Positions 20,962-31,694 of a stretch of DNA of 64,000 nucleotides are shown one piece after another. Below the pieces are notes generated by a model. It searched no databases and was not told where the DNA came from. It worked only from the letters and a program-made list of their open reading frames with translations. The DNA is taken from positions 64,001 through 128,000 of the forward strand of contig CAVPOM010000012.1 in assembly GCA_963707025.1 (NCBI GenBank). Direction: 5' to 3'. Each line of letters starts with the position of its first letter. The stretch's first letter is position 1. The translations under genes and the position numbers were made by a program. Origin of the DNA: an uncultured Verrucomicrobiae bacterium (GTDB taxonomy: Bacteria; Verrucomicrobiota; Verrucomicrobiia; Limisphaerales; Palsa-1400).

Positions 20962-23280
20962 ATGACAACGGCGCTGAAAGTTTTGGTCGTCGAAGATTCG
21001 CAAGATGACACGGACTTGATCCTCAAGGAATTGCGCCGGGTCGGTTTCGAGCCGACATGGCGACGGGTGGAGGTGGAGGCCGATTTTCTGGCCGAAATAA
21101 AGAAGCGGCCGGACATCATCATTTCGGATAATTCCATGCCGCAGTTCAAAGGGCTGAGGGCGCTGGAACTTTTGCGCGAGCGAGGTTGGAACATCCCCTT
21201 CATTCTGGTTTCAGGAACGATCGGGGAAGAGATGGCCGTGGAAGCCATGAAGTGCGGCGCGACAGACTATCTGATGAAGGGGCAGATTGCGCGCCTGGGA
21301 AGTGTCGTGGAACGGTCGTTGGAAGAAAAGAAGCTTTGGGCGCAGCGCCAGCGTGCGGAAGAGCAAATACGCCGCACACAGCGGGCCTTGCGCCACATGC
21401 TGGCGCACAGCCCGGCCGTGTTCTATACGCTGCGAATTGAAGGCGGAAAAGCATTCCCGGTGCTGGTCAGTGACAATGTGGAGAGGTTGCTGGGTTTTTC
21501 CCCGGCAGAATGCATGAGCGCGGACTGGTGGCTGAGAGGATTACACCCCAAAGACCGGGATCGTGCTCTGGCCAAGCAAGCCCTGGGGATGGCGCATGGC
21601 GGCTATTCCATCGAATATCGCATCCGGCACAAGGACGGCACCTACCGATGGATAGAAGACCGCAACCATGTGTTGCGCGGCGCCTCCGGCGAACCCAGGG
21701 AGATCGTCGGGGTGTGGACCGACATAAGCGAGCGGAAACGGGCGGAGGCGGCGGCGCGGGCCAGCGAGGAAAAATTCCGCCAACTGGCCGAGGGCATCAA
21801 TGAAGTGTTCTGGATTACCGATGCCGCCACGCAGCAAATGCTCTACGTCAGCCCAGCTTACGAAAAGATCTGGGGACGCACCTGCGAGAGCATTTATAAA
21901 TCGCCGCAAAGCTGGCACCAAGCCATTCATCCTGATGACCACCAACGCGTCCTGACGGCCGCGCTGAACAAACAGGAACACGGCGATTACGACGAAACCT
22001 ACCGCATCCTCCGGCCGGATGGCTCGGTGCGCTGGATTCGTGACAAGGGTTTTCCTGTGCGCAATGCGGCCGGGGAAGTTTACAGGATCGTCGGCACGGC
22101 GGAGGACATCACCGAGCACAAGGCCACCGAGGAGCAGCTCAGCCAGGCCCAGAAAATGGAAGGCATTGGCTTGATGGCAGGCGGGGTGGCCCATGATTTC
22201 AACAACATTCTCACCATCATCCAGGTCAATCTGGAACTCATCTTAATGGCCGAGAGCAATCTTCAGGCGGAGGGCAAGGAATGTCTGGCCGCAATCGCCA
22301 AGGCCACCGGCCAGGCCGCCGACTTGAACCGGCAATTGCTCACCTTCAGCCGCCGCGAGGCCATGCAGAAAGAGCCGCTGGATTTGAACGACCTGACCGC
22401 CGACTTCACCAAGATGCTCCGGCGCATCGTCGGCGAGCATATCCAGGTGCAAAACCATTTTGCCCCCGCGATGCCTCTCCTCATAGGGGATCCCGGCATG
22501 ATTGAACAAGTGCTGATGAACCTGGCCGTCAACGCCCGCGACGCCATGCCCAATGGCGGTCAACTCATCATCGGCACGGAGGTGGCCGTAATTGACAAGG
22601 CCCGCGCAAAGTCTGATCCCCGGACTCATGCCGGCCGGTTCGCCTGTTTAAGCGTGCGCGACACCGGCACGGGCATCGCTCCTGAGAACATGTCCCGCAT
22701 TTTTGAGCCGTTTTTTACCACCAAGGGCGTTGGCAAAGGCACCGGCTTGGGGCTGGCGACCGTTTTTAGCATCGCTCAACAACACCACGGCTGGGTTGAC
22801 GTTGCCAGCGAGGTTGGAGCCGGCACGACCTTTCGCGTGTTTCTGCCCCTCAGCTCAAAAAAACTCCCCGCCCCGCAACGGAGCGTCGCCCAGGAAGTCC
22901 GGGGCGGCGCGGAAAGAATCCTTCTCGTCGAAGATGATGAAACCGTGCGCCACGTCGTTCTTCACATTTTGGAAAACTACGGCTACACGGTCATGGAAGC
23001 CGATTCTGGCATTGCCGCGCAAAAGGCCTGGACCGAACAGGACGGGCAATTTGATTTGCTCATCACCAACATGGTCATGCCCGGAGGCTTGACCGGATTG
23101 GAATTGATCGAACTGCTGCGAGGCGCAAAGCCTGGATTAAAGGTCATGCTGGTGAGCGGCTACAGCCCGGAGCCGGGGCGCGGCGGCAATGCCTGCGCCA
23201 AGGACATCACCTTCTTGCGCAAGCCCCTCTCGACCCGCCTTTTAGCCGAAACCGTCCGCCAGTGTCTGGACGCGGATTAG
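20962..23280 (+). CDS. hybrid histidine kinase REC-PAS-PAS-HisKA-HATPase-REC
   Basis: [11 protein letters not shown]-box, [25 protein letters not shown]; receiver domains at both ends. Confidence 0.92.
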   Translation: MTTALKVLVVEDSQDDTDLILKELRRVGFEPTWRRVEVEADFLAEIKKRPDIIISDNSMPQFKGLRALELLRERGWNIPFILVSGTIGEEMAVEAMKCGATDYLMKGQIARLGSVVERSLEEKKLWAQRQRAEEQIRRTQRALRHMLAHSPAVFYTLRIEGGKAFPVLVSDNVERLLGFSPAECMSADWWLRGLHPKDRDRALAKQALGMAHGGYSIEYRIRHKDGTYRWIEDRNHVLRGASGEPREIVGVWTDISERKRAEAAARASEEKFRQLAEGINEVFWITDAATQQMLYVSPAYEKIWGRTCESIYKSPQSWHQAIHPDDHQRVLTAALNKQEHGDYDETYRILRPDGSVRWIRDKGFPVRNAAGEVYRIVGTAEDITEHKATEEQLSQAQKMEGIGLMAGGVAHDFNNILTIIQVNLELILMAESNLQAEGKECLAAIAKATGQAADLNRQLLTFSRREAMQKEPLDLNDLTADFTKMLRRIVGEHIQVQNHFAPAMPLLIGDPGMIEQVLMNLAVNARDAMPNGGQLIIGTEVAVIDKARAKSDPRTHAGRFACLSVRDTGTGIAPENMSRIFEPFFTTKGVGKGTGLGLATVFSIAQQHHGWVDVASEVGAGTTFRVFLPLSSKKLPAPQRSVAQEVRGGAERILLVEDDETVRHVVLHILENYGYTVMEADSGIAAQKAWTEQDGQFDLLITNMVMPGGLTGLELIELLRGAKPGLKVMLVSGYSPEPGRGGNACAKDITFLRKPLSTRLLAETVRQCLDAD

Positions 23281-23342
23281 AGCAACTACTTGAGAACTGT
23301 GGCCGCACGGGAGGCCGGCCAAACGGCCTCCTCTCCCCGGCA

Positions 23343-23675
23343 CGGGCTGGTTGCCAAATGCAGCCCCCGGTCCAGCCCTGGCCGGCTGGGCAGATCAGGG
23401 CGCGTCACACCCAGCCAGCAGGCCGGTCGCGTAACCGTTGAAGACCAGTCTTGCATTGCCCGCGCCCGGTGCTACTATAGTACGCAATTCGTTGCAGTAG
23501 TGTCTGAAATTGGAGGGAGGCAAGCACCGGGTTCGATCTCGCTGCAGAATAAGACAAGGACGAGTATGAGAATGAGCAAGGCATTTTGCACGGCAGGCAA
23601 TGAGCCGGTCCAATTGATGGAGAGCACCCCCGAACTCCAAAATCTTGTCCCAACCGGCCCAAAAAGCCGGCGCGA
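23343..23675 (+). repeat. copy 2 of duplicated promoter/leader region
   Basis: near-identical ~90-bp core cgtaaccgttgaagaccagtcttgcattgcccgcgcccggtgcta...ttggagg. Confidence 0.85.
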
Positions 23676-23772
23676 CCGCCTGATTTTCCGCAGGCGCCCG
23701 CGAAGAAACAAGGAGCAACCCGCAACCATCCGCGCGGCCGGCGGGTGGGTTCAAACGGGAGGCGGCGAGTGA
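23566..23772 (+). CDS. small hypothetical protein (68 aa)
   Basis: MRMSKAFCTAG...PELQ...PTG is conserved in frame in the other copy as [11 protein letters not shown]...PELQ...PTG. Confidence 0.4.
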   Translation: MRMSKAFCTAGNEPVQLMESTPELQNLVPTGPKSRRDRLIFRRRPRRNKEQPATIRAAGGWVQTGGGE

Positions 23773-23797
23773 TTGCGGCCATGAAGCCATCCGACTT

Positions 23798-24919
23798 ATG
23801 CAGTCTGACCAGCAACTAAAAGCTTCGCTGCGGGAAATCGAGGATCTGAAGGCGGCGCTGGACGAGCACGCCATCGTGGCCATCACCGACCCGGCGGGGA
23901 AAATCACCTACGTGAACGATAAGTTCTGCGCGATCTCCAAGTACCTCCGCCAGGAGTTGCTCGGCCAGGATCATCGCCTCATTAATTCGGGCCATCATCC
24001 CAAGGAATTCATGCGGGAGATGTGGGCGACCATTGGAAGGGGCAAAGTCTGGAAGGGGGAAATCAAAAACAAGGCCAAGGACGGTTCGTATTACTGGGTG
24101 GACGCCACCATCGTGCCGTTTCTCAACGAAGAGGGCAAGCCGCGTCAATACGTCGCCATCCGCGCCGACATCACCGAACGCAAGGCGGCGGAGGAAAAAA
24201 TCCGCCAACTCAACGCCGAACTGGAACAGCGCGTGGCCGAGCGCACCGTCGAATTGGAAGCCTTTTCCTACTCCGTCTCGCACGACCTGCGCGCGCCGGT
24301 GCGGGCCATCGGCGGTTTCGCCCGCATGGTGGAGGAGGATTTTGCCGCGCAACTGCCGCCGGAAGCCCGCCAGAAGCTCAACCGCATCCAGGAGAATGCG
24401 GTGAAGATGGGGCAATTGATTGACGGACTGCTGGGGTTTTCGCGGTTAAGCGGGCAACCGCTCAGCAAACAAAAGGTCTCGCCCACGGCCATGGTCAAGC
24501 GCGTGCTGGAGGAACTTCAGGCCGAGCAAGCCGGCCGCAGTCTGGACATTTCCGTGGCTGATCTGCCGGAATGCCAGGCCGACCCGGCCTTGTTGCAGCA
24601 GGTCTATACGAATCTGCTTTCCAATGCGCTCAAATACTCGCGGCGGCGCGACCCGGCCGTCATCGAAATCGGCGCCCGGCCGGAAGAGGGCCGGTGCGTT
24701 TATTTCATCAAGGATAACGGCGCCGGTTTTGACATGCAATACGCGCATAAACTCTTCGGTGTTTTCCAGCGGCTGCACCGGGCCGATGAATTCGAAGGCA
24801 CGGGCGTCGGCCTGGCCATTGTGCAACGCATCATTCACCGTCACGGCGGGCGCGTCTGGGCGGAGGGCGAGCCGGACAAGGGCGCCACGTTTTATTTCAC
24901 CCTGGAAGGGGCGGCTTAA
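23798..24919 (+). CDS. PAS-domain sensor histidine kinase
   Basis: PAS (NSGHHP, WKGEIKN), SYSVSHDLRAP, NALKY, DNGAGF, GTGVGL. Confidence 0.92.
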   Translation: MQSDQQLKASLREIEDLKAALDEHAIVAITDPAGKITYVNDKFCAISKYLRQELLGQDHRLINSGHHPKEFMREMWATIGRGKVWKGEIKNKAKDGSYYWVDATIVPFLNEEGKPRQYVAIRADITERKAAEEKIRQLNAELEQRVAERTVELEAFSYSVSHDLRAPVRAIGGFARMVEEDFAAQLPPEARQKLNRIQENAVKMGQLIDGLLGFSRLSGQPLSKQKVSPTAMVKRVLEELQAEQAGRSLDISVADLPECQADPALLQQVYTNLLSNALKYSRRRDPAVIEIGARPEEGRCVYFIKDNGAGFDMQYAHKLFGVFQRLHRADEFEGTGVGLAIVQRIIHRHGGRVWAEGEPDKGATFYFTLEGAA

Positions 24920-24923
24920 TAAT

Positions 24924-25079
24924 ATGACTGAGGAAGCGGCAGAAATCTTGCTGGTCGAGGACAGCGCCGGGGACGCCGGGTTCTTCGTCCACACGTTTAA
25001 CAAGGCGGAACTGGCGGCGCGCCGGCAAATCATGCCCGGCCAGTACGGGCTGCCATTCAACCACCCGCCCAAACCCTGA
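24924..25079 (+). pseudogene. truncated response regulator receiver
   Basis: MTEEAAEILLVEDSAGDA, then similarity is lost. Confidence 0.55.
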
Positions 25080-25088
25080 CCCGGCTGT

Positions 25089-27020
25089 ATGGCTACGCCC
25101 CTCAATCTTTTGGTGGTCGAAGACTCGCCCGACGACACCGATTTGCTCGTCCGCCAATTGCGCCGCGCCGGTTTTGACCCGCACTGGAAACGTGTGGAAC
25201 TGGAAGCAGATTTTCTGGCTGAAATCAGAAAACTGCCGGACATCATTCTCTCCGATTATTCCATGCCGCGATTCAACGGGCTGCGGGCGGCGCAGCTTTT
25301 ACGCCAGAGCGGCTTGAACATCCCGCTGATTCTGGTTTCCGGAACGCTGGGCGAGGAGGCCGCCGTCGAAGCCATGAAAGAGGGCGCGGCGGATTATGTG
25401 CTGAAAGACCGGATGGCGCGCCTGGGCAACGCCGTGCAACGCGTCCTGGAAGAAAAGCAGCTTCGCCAGAAGCGGCGGCAGGCGGAGGAAGCCTTGCGCG
25501 CCAGCGAAGAAAAATTCCGGCAACTGGCTGAGAACATCAACGAAGTTTCCTGGATTACCTCGGCGGATCTGTCCGAGCTGCTCTATCTCAGTCCGTCTTA
25601 CGAAAAGGTTTGGGGGCGCGCCGGCCGGAGTTTGTGCCAAAACTCGGTCGCCTTCCTCCAGGCCGTTCTCCCGGAGGACCGCGGCAGCGTGCTGGCGGCG
25701 CTGGAGGAATTGAAGCGCGGGGAAAAGATTGATTTGGAATTCCGGCTGGTTCGCCCGGATGGACAAATCCGCTGGGTTCATTCCAGCGGAACGGCCATCC
25801 GCAATGAGAGTGGAGTCATTTACCGCCTGGCCGGCATTGCCGAGGACATCACCCAGCGCATGCAAACGGAGCTGCAGTTCCGCCAGGCCCAGAAAATGGA
25901 AGGCATCGGCCAACTGGCGGGCGGCGTGGCTCATGACTTCAACAATATTCTCCTGATCATGCGGGTGAATCTGGAACTGGTCTTAACCACCGATGGCACG
26001 CTCGGCCCGACGACCCGGAACCGCCTCACCGAGATCGCCCAGGCGGCCGAACGGGCCGCCACCTTGAACCGCCAACTGCTCACTTTCAGCCGCAGCGAAG
26101 CCATGCAAATGCGGTTCCTGGATTTGAACGACCTGACCGCCGGCTTTACCAAAATGCTCCGGCGCATCGTCGGCGAGCATATCCGGGTGCAAAACGATTT
26201 TGCGCCGACGCTGCCAGCCATCAAAGCCGATCCTGGCATGATTGAACAAGTGCTGATGAATCTGGCCGTCAACGCCCGCGACGCCATGCCCAACGGCGGT
26301 CAACTCATCATCGGCACCGAGTTGGCCGGGATTGACCCGGCCCGGGCCAAACTGGATCCCCGCACGCGCGCCGGCCATTTCGCCTGTTTAAGCGTGCGCG
26401 ACACCGGCACCGGGATTGCCCCGGAAATCATGCCCCGCATTTTCGAGCCTTTCTTTACCACCAAGGGCGTTGGCCAAGGCACCGGTTTGGGGCTGGCCAC
26501 TGTTTTTGGCATCGCCCAACAACACAACGGATGGGTGGATGTCTCCAGCCAAGTTGGCGTCGGCACGACCTTTCGCGTCTTCTTGCCCCTGAGTTCGGAA
26601 GAAATGGCCGCCTCGGGCCAGACTGTCGCCCAGGATGTCCGCGGCGGCACCGAAAAAGTCCTTCTCGTCGAAGACGATCGGGGCGTGCGCGACGCCGTCC
26701 TTCAGATACTGGAAAACTACGGCTACGCGGTCGTGGAAGCCGATTCTGGAATCGCCGCCCAAAAAGTCTGGGCCGAACAGGGCGGGCAATTTGATTTGCT
26801 CATCACCAACATGGTCATGCCTGGAGGATTGACCGGTTTGCAACTGAGCGAGAGGTTGCGAGTCCAAAAGCCCGGATTGAAGGTCCTGCTGATGACTGGC
26901 TACAGGACGGAACTGGCGCGCGGCGCCACCGCCGGCGCCAATGGCATCACCCTTTTGCACAAGCCATTCTCGACCCGGGTTTTTGCGGAAACCATCCGCA
27001 AGTGTTTGGATGCGGCTTAG
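25089..27020 (+). CDS. hybrid histidine kinase REC-PAS-HisKA-HATPase-REC, paralogue of 20962-23280
   Basis: same motifs and high similarity to 20962-23280, with one PAS fewer. Confidence 0.92.
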   Translation: MATPLNLLVVEDSPDDTDLLVRQLRRAGFDPHWKRVELEADFLAEIRKLPDIILSDYSMPRFNGLRAAQLLRQSGLNIPLILVSGTLGEEAAVEAMKEGAADYVLKDRMARLGNAVQRVLEEKQLRQKRRQAEEALRASEEKFRQLAENINEVSWITSADLSELLYLSPSYEKVWGRAGRSLCQNSVAFLQAVLPEDRGSVLAALEELKRGEKIDLEFRLVRPDGQIRWVHSSGTAIRNESGVIYRLAGIAEDITQRMQTELQFRQAQKMEGIGQLAGGVAHDFNNILLIMRVNLELVLTTDGTLGPTTRNRLTEIAQAAERAATLNRQLLTFSRSEAMQMRFLDLNDLTAGFTKMLRRIVGEHIRVQNDFAPTLPAIKADPGMIEQVLMNLAVNARDAMPNGGQLIIGTELAGIDPARAKLDPRTRAGHFACLSVRDTGTGIAPEIMPRIFEPFFTTKGVGQGTGLGLATVFGIAQQHNGWVDVSSQVGVGTTFRVFLPLSSEEMAASGQTVAQDVRGGTEKVLLVEDDRGVRDAVLQILENYGYAVVEADSGIAAQKVWAEQGGQFDLLITNMVMPGGLTGLQLSERLRVQKPGLKVLLMTGYRTELARGATAGANGITLLHKPFSTRVFAETIRKCLDAA

Positions 27021-27097
27021 TTGGAAGCGAGGCCGGGGCTGGGGCAAGATGGATTGGCTGCCGGCTGTCCTGGCGGCCACCATTCCAAGGGGCCAAG

Positions 27098-27664
27098 TCA
27101 CGCCGATTCCTTGCCCGCGTATTTCTTCCCGGTCGTGTCCACCCGGACGGTTTCGCCTTTGGCGATGAACAACGGCACCATGATTTGCAGGCCGGTTTCG
27201 AGCCTGGCTTCCTTCCAGGTCGCATCCGAGCCGCCCCGGACGGGGGGGGCGGTGTCCAGGACCTTGAGCGGAATTTGCGGCGGGAGGACGATATCCAGCA
27301 AGCTGCCATCGAGCAGCATGGCTTTGTATTCCTCGTTCTCCTTGAGGAACCAGCGGCGCTCGCCCAGTTGCTCGTCACTGATGTCCAGTTCATCGAAGGT
27401 TTCCGCATCCAAAAAGGTGTGCAACCCGCCTTTGCTGTAGCTGTAGGTGATGCGCCGGGTCTCCAATGGCGCCGCCGGCACGCGCTCGTTGTCGGCAAAA
27501 ACCCGTTCGATAACGTGGCCGGTCTTGAGATGACGCAGGCGGGTGTGCAGCTTGTGGCGGGTTTGCGCGGTGCCGCTGACGTGGAACTCCTCGATGACAT
27601 GCGGGCCACTTTCCAGCATGAGCACCATCATGCGTTTGAACTCGGACGGCAGAACCGTTTGCAT
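27098..27664 (-). CDS. efp: elongation factor P family protein (atypical, EfpL-like loop)
   Basis: FLDAETFDE, KEARLETGLQIMVPLFIAKGETVRVDT; start MQTVLPSEF. Confidence 0.85.
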   Translation of the reverse strand: MQTVLPSEFKRMMVLMLESGPHVIEEFHVSGTAQTRHKLHTRLRHLKTGHVIERVFADNERVPAAPLETRRITYSYSKGGLHTFLDAETFDELDISDEQLGERRWFLKENEEYKAMLLDGSLLDIVLPPQIPLKVLDTAPPVRGGSDATWKEARLETGLQIMVPLFIAKGETVRVDTTGKKYAGKESA

Positions 27665-27767
27665 AATGACCTCCAGCCTGAGCCGGGTTGGTCGGGATTC
27701 ACCCGGCGATTGTCTATCGAACGTGTAACGCCATCCCGGCGCCGCGTCAAGTGCCGCGCGGCCGCAA

Positions 27768-27853
27768 CAGTGCCTTAATTTGGTGTAGAGTCGAGGCTGT
27801 GGCTCGGCTTCGGCCCAGAGCGCCGACCCTACAACCATGAAATCAAGGCACTG
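27768..27853. repeat. REP doublet/MITE family G2
   Basis: cagtgcctt...aaggcactg terminal IR with internal GTAG palindromes. Confidence 0.75.
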
Positions 27854-28050
27854 CCGCGGCCGCAACCTGGTTCCAGGCCCTGGCCGCGCCGCCGAGGGCG
27901 CCTGCCGGCGTGACCCGCCCCTGGCCGGACGCTGGCCCGGCATGTAGCGACAACCATGAATTTCCCTGAATAATTTGGAGCCTGAACCGTCCAATCTATG
28001 CCGGATTGGCAGGATAACTCTTGCGAGGTTGGCTTGCGGCGGCAGGCGCG

Positions 28051-28193
28051 CATGAAATTGAGCAAATGGAAAATATGAACAGATGGCCAGACAGAGGAAG
28101 TGCTCCATCGGGACGATCCTGTCCCGGTTGTTCCAGACGCGGCGCGGCATGGCTTGGCTGCTGGCGGGAATGAAACGGGAGAATTCAGAATGA
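28051..28193 (+). pseudogene. degenerate ECF sigma factor region 4 remnant
   Basis: manual translation HEIEQME/YEQMARQRKCSIGTILSRLFQTRRGMAWLL; its TGA overlaps the anti-sigma ATG. Confidence 0.6.
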
Positions 28194-28711
28194 AAGACGA
28201 TTTAAAATTGAAATTGCAGGCCTGGCTTGACGCTGAACTGCCCGAGGCCGAGGCGGAGCAAATGCGCCGTCTGGCCGCCGCCGACCCGGAGGCGGCCGGC
28301 CTGCTGACCGAACTGCGGAACGTCAAAGCGGCCTTGCTCAACAACGAGCCAACGGTTGCCGTCCCGGAAACCCGCCCGTTTTATTGGAGCAAGATCGAGC
28401 GCCAGATTCAACACGCCGCGGCCGTCCGGCCTTCCCCCGGCCTTTCCTGGGCGGAACGGTTCCGGCGCTGGCTGGCCCCGCTGGCGGGCGTGGCCGCGCT
28501 GGCCGCCGTGCTCCTGCTGGCGCTGACCCAATCCGCGCCGCAAGTGCTCGACCAGGTTTCCGAAACGGCCGATGGATTCAAAGCGCGCACCTTCCGCGAT
28601 AATGCCGCCGGAATCAACTTTGTCGTTTTCCAGGGAAACGGGCAACTGGCTGCCGCGCTGCCCGCCCGCACCCGCAACGACGGCTCCAGTTTTATGATCG
28701 AGCTGGAATGA
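28190..28711 (+). CDS. anti-sigma factor family membrane protein
   Basis: KLQAWLDAELP N-terminus, YWSKIERQI, single transmembrane helix. Confidence 0.75.
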   Translation: MKDDLKLKLQAWLDAELPEAEAEQMRRLAAADPEAAGLLTELRNVKAALLNNEPTVAVPETRPFYWSKIERQIQHAAAVRPSPGLSWAERFRRWLAPLAGVAALAAVLLLALTQSAPQVLDQVSETADGFKARTFRDNAAGINFVVFQGNGQLAAALPARTRNDGSSFMIELE

Positions 28712-29169
28712 GTCAGTCCGCCCATCCAACCTCGCGCCGGCGTTTTCCCGCGCGGGTCTTCGTGTCCCTGGCCCTGAATCTGGCCGCCCTGGCCTGCCTG
28801 GCGGGCGACCTGAAGCTGGAGGCCAAATTGATCCGGGGCGCCAATGACGGTCCCACGCCGGTCAATCCTAATTTAGTAGGCCCGGCCCTGGCCGCCACCC
28901 TGCGCCACAACTTCAAGTGGACCAACTATTACCAAATCACCAACCTGACCACGCTGATCCCGCTCAACCAGAGCCGCGAGATGCGGCTGAGCGACCGCTG
29001 CACTCTTAAAATCAAGAACCTCGGCTCCTCCCTGGTCGCGTTGGACTATATTGGCCAGGGCAAACAAGTCAGCAAAGGCACCAACTCCCTGCCCTGCATT
29101 TACAGCGGCACCAACACGGACGACACCGCCTGGTTCATCTATCTTCGCGCGCTGGACGACAAGAAATAG
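28708..29169 (+). CDS. secreted hypothetical protein coupled to the anti-sigma gene
   Basis: ATGA overlap; signal peptide. Confidence 0.65.
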   Translation: MSQSAHPTSRRRFPARVFVSLALNLAALACLAGDLKLEAKLIRGANDGPTPVNPNLVGPALAATLRHNFKWTNYYQITNLTTLIPLNQSREMRLSDRCTLKIKNLGSSLVALDYIGQGKQVSKGTNSLPCIYSGTNTDDTAWFIYLRALDDKK

Positions 29170-29352
29170 CGCGCTGGGCCGGCTTCGGCGCGAGGTTGTT
29201 CAAGGCCGGCCGGTACGATCCCGGCCCCGCTGGTCCAATTGGTAAAGAGGTGGTTGCTCCCCGGCCCGCTCATGAAGGCCTGCGCCGCCACGTTGCTGTA
29301 GCGGCCGATCAACCCTTCGCCCGCCTGGCCCGGCGCGTGAGGAAAAGGGAGT

Positions 29353-30081
29353 TTACCGCCAAAGATTATACTTGAAAATGCACCGCAGCGCGCTGAACCC
29401 GTCCCGCCACCCGATCTTCTTTCCCTCGGCATAAGTGCGCCCGTAATAGGAAATGGAGACCTCGTAAATCCGCAGTCCCAGCCGGCTCACCTTGGCCACG
29501 ATCTCCGGCTCAAAACCAAACCGGTCCTCCTCAATTTGAATCTGCTGCATCACCTCGCGGCGGAAGACCTTGTAACCCGATTCCATGTCCGTCAGATTCA
29601 GGTTGGTCGCCATGTTGGAAAGCAGGGTCAGGGCTTTGTTGCCAACGTAATGCCAGAAATACAGCACCCGGTGCGCCCCGGACCCGGCAAAACGCGACCC
29701 GAACACCACGTCCGCCTTGCCAGCCAGGATCGGCCGGGTCAGAGTCCCGTAATCCGCCGGGTCATATTCCAGGTCCGCGTCCTGCACGATGACGATGGGG
29801 GCGGTCGCTTTGGCCAAGCCCGTGCGCAAGGCCGCGCCTTTGCCCCGGTTGAAGGTGTGCTGAAAAAGCCGGATGCGCCCATCGGCCTGCGCCAGCGGTT
29901 GGAGCACTTCCCAAGTCCCGTCGCGCGAGGCATCATCCACCACAATCACCTCCTGCACCAGCGGCTGGGCCAGGACGGTTTGCAGCACGGCGGCAATGGT
30001 GCCCGCCTCGTCGTAGGCCGGAATAATCACCGCCAGACAGGCGGGCTTTTGGGCTGGCGGCGGATTGATGGGCACTCGCAT
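29353..30081 (-). CDS. glycosyltransferase family 2 (polyprenol-phosphate glycosyltransferase-like)
   Basis: IPAYDE, VDDASRDGT, NRGKG, QDADLEY, GSRF, FEPE. Confidence 0.92.
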   Translation of the reverse strand: MRVPINPPPAQKPACLAVIIPAYDEAGTIAAVLQTVLAQPLVQEVIVVDDASRDGTWEVLQPLAQADGRIRLFQHTFNRGKGAALRTGLAKATAPIVIVQDADLEYDPADYGTLTRPILAGKADVVFGSRFAGSGAHRVLYFWHYVGNKALTLLSNMATNLNLTDMESGYKVFRREVMQQIQIEEDRFGFEPEIVAKVSRLGLRIYEVSISYYGRTYAEGKKIGWRDGFSALRCIFKYNLWR

Positions 30082-30273
30082 GAACAGTCTATCGGCTTGT
30101 CCGCATTCTCACCCCATTCGCCTGCGCAGGTCAATGCCGAACCGAAAACCGTCACGCCTTCCAGGCGGCCAATGCGGCCCGGTAGCGGGAGGGGTCAACC
30201 CGGGGAGGCGGGAGGGGTCAACCCACTGGTTCCTCGACCTTTTCCGTGGATCTGATCGGGCAACGACGGATTC

Positions 30274-30474
30274 GGGGAGCGCGTGCGTCTCGCACGCCGT
30301 GTTTGGCGTCCCGCCAAACACATCCCGGCTTGGCCTCTCCCGGAAGGCAGCCCATCCGAAAGTCAATTCATGCCAAGGAACGGCGCAGAGGTGGGTCGCG
30401 AGACGCGCCCCACGGCGACCGGGAAGTCAGAACAACAGTAGGCTGGCCCGCTGAGCGGGCTGGTCGCGCTCCCC
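30274..30474. repeat. palindromic intergenic element with terminal IR ggggagcgcg/cgcgctcccc
   Basis: terminal IR plus internal pairs gcgtctcgc/gcgagacgc and tgtttggcg/cgccaaaca. Confidence 0.55.
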
Positions 30475-30703
30475 AACCCTTTCAGTCTTCAGCGGGAATC
30501 CACTGAAATCGTCGAGGCAACTCCAGACTTTGGGTTGACCCATTTTCGAGTGTCCATAAGTCGTTGCACTTCAATCTATTGCATCCCAATTTGGGCAAAG
30601 CTATAGTTTGACCGCTTTCACTGGCAAAGGGAGGGTGAGGTGCGCCACACCCGTTACACCGTTACAGTTGTTGATTATCAAAGGCTTACGAAAACTGCCC
30701 CCG

Positions 30704-31080
30704 TTACACCCCGTTACATTTTGTTACATCCAGCTTGCCGCCCTTCATCAGATCGGTCAGGTCTTCGATGAGTTGCTCCCTGTCAATGGCCCCTTCGCTG
30801 CTTTCCATGAACTTTTCTACGGCTTGTGCCTCGTTTTGCCCATCAACCACCTCCTGAGCGGCCTTGGCGGCTGCCAGCGCCTCATTTTCCTTTGGCGCTT
30901 CGAGGGCGAGGTCGCTCATGGCGTGGAGTTCTGGGAGCTTCCTTTGCACTTCTTGCTTGAGCACGTAGTGGTCGAGGGCTTGGCGGAAGGCCGAGACTCC
31001 GTCGTCAAGGGACCTTCAGCGACTTCACGACCAGGCTGATACCAGGGGCTTCGGCGACTCTGACGTTTGAGGAGTAGTTC
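30704..31080 (-). pseudogene. degraded 3' fragment of an unknown gene
   Basis: helical protein-like ORF 30704-30964 that extends upstream through a frameshift; no start codon. Confidence 0.35.
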
Positions 31081-31162
31081 TGATAAGGGGAATCAAACGT
31101 CAGTCTCGCCGAAGGGGGAAAGCGAAGGTGCAGGACAGGGCAAATATATGGTCTGACCCCTT

Positions 31163-31401
31163 GCACACAAACTGACTCCAGCAGGAAAAACCCCGGCTAT
31201 GACGTTGGGCCTTCAAATCGGCGACGTGCCGCGCGAAGTCAGGGCGATGAAAAAGAGAAAGGATTTGACTAAAGAGGCTTCCGGTTCGAATCATAAGTTG
31301 TCTCCGTTGATGATGGGTTTGGGTTCATGTTTTCACCCTCATTCTCATCAAAGACGGAGACCCTTTCCACCCTTTTTAAAAAGCTAATTTGGACACTAGT
31401 G
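31163..31401 (-). mobile_element. IS4-family left end and truncated transposase N-terminus (DUF4372-like)
   Basis: MIRTGSLFSQILSLFHRPDF...GFSCWSQFV; putative end cactagtgtccaaa at 31401; cut at a GGTCTGACCCC motif. Confidence 0.7.
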
Positions 31402-31694
31402 AGTTCCACCGGCGGCCTGGACTCCGGCATTTCCACCTGCACGAAATCCGGCGCAGATTGGCCCCGGTCCCGGCGTTGCCGCCAGCCGCAAAAGGTGGTG
31501 TAAGGGACCCCTTGCTGACGGGCAAAATCGGCGGCGGACAACCCGCTGCGATCAAACGCCCTCAGAAGTTGAGCGCGCCGGGCGGCATCGGTGCGGGGTG
31601 CCCGGCGTCTCGGATAAACACGGTTTTGCTTCATGGCCGGGTTTTTACCACGGCCGGTTGACAACTAATAGGGGGACCCTCCTTTACCGCTTAC
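31402..31694 (-). mobile_element. tnpA: IS66-family left end and truncated tnpA
   Basis: GTAAGCGGT end at 31694; SGLSAADFARQQGVPYTTFCGWRQR...FVQV. Confidence 0.75.

Noticed and set aside
31205..31225. CTTCAAAT resembling a tRNA-Sec anticodon loop
   Set aside because: It lies inside the IS4 transposase fragment and lacks the other tRNA arms
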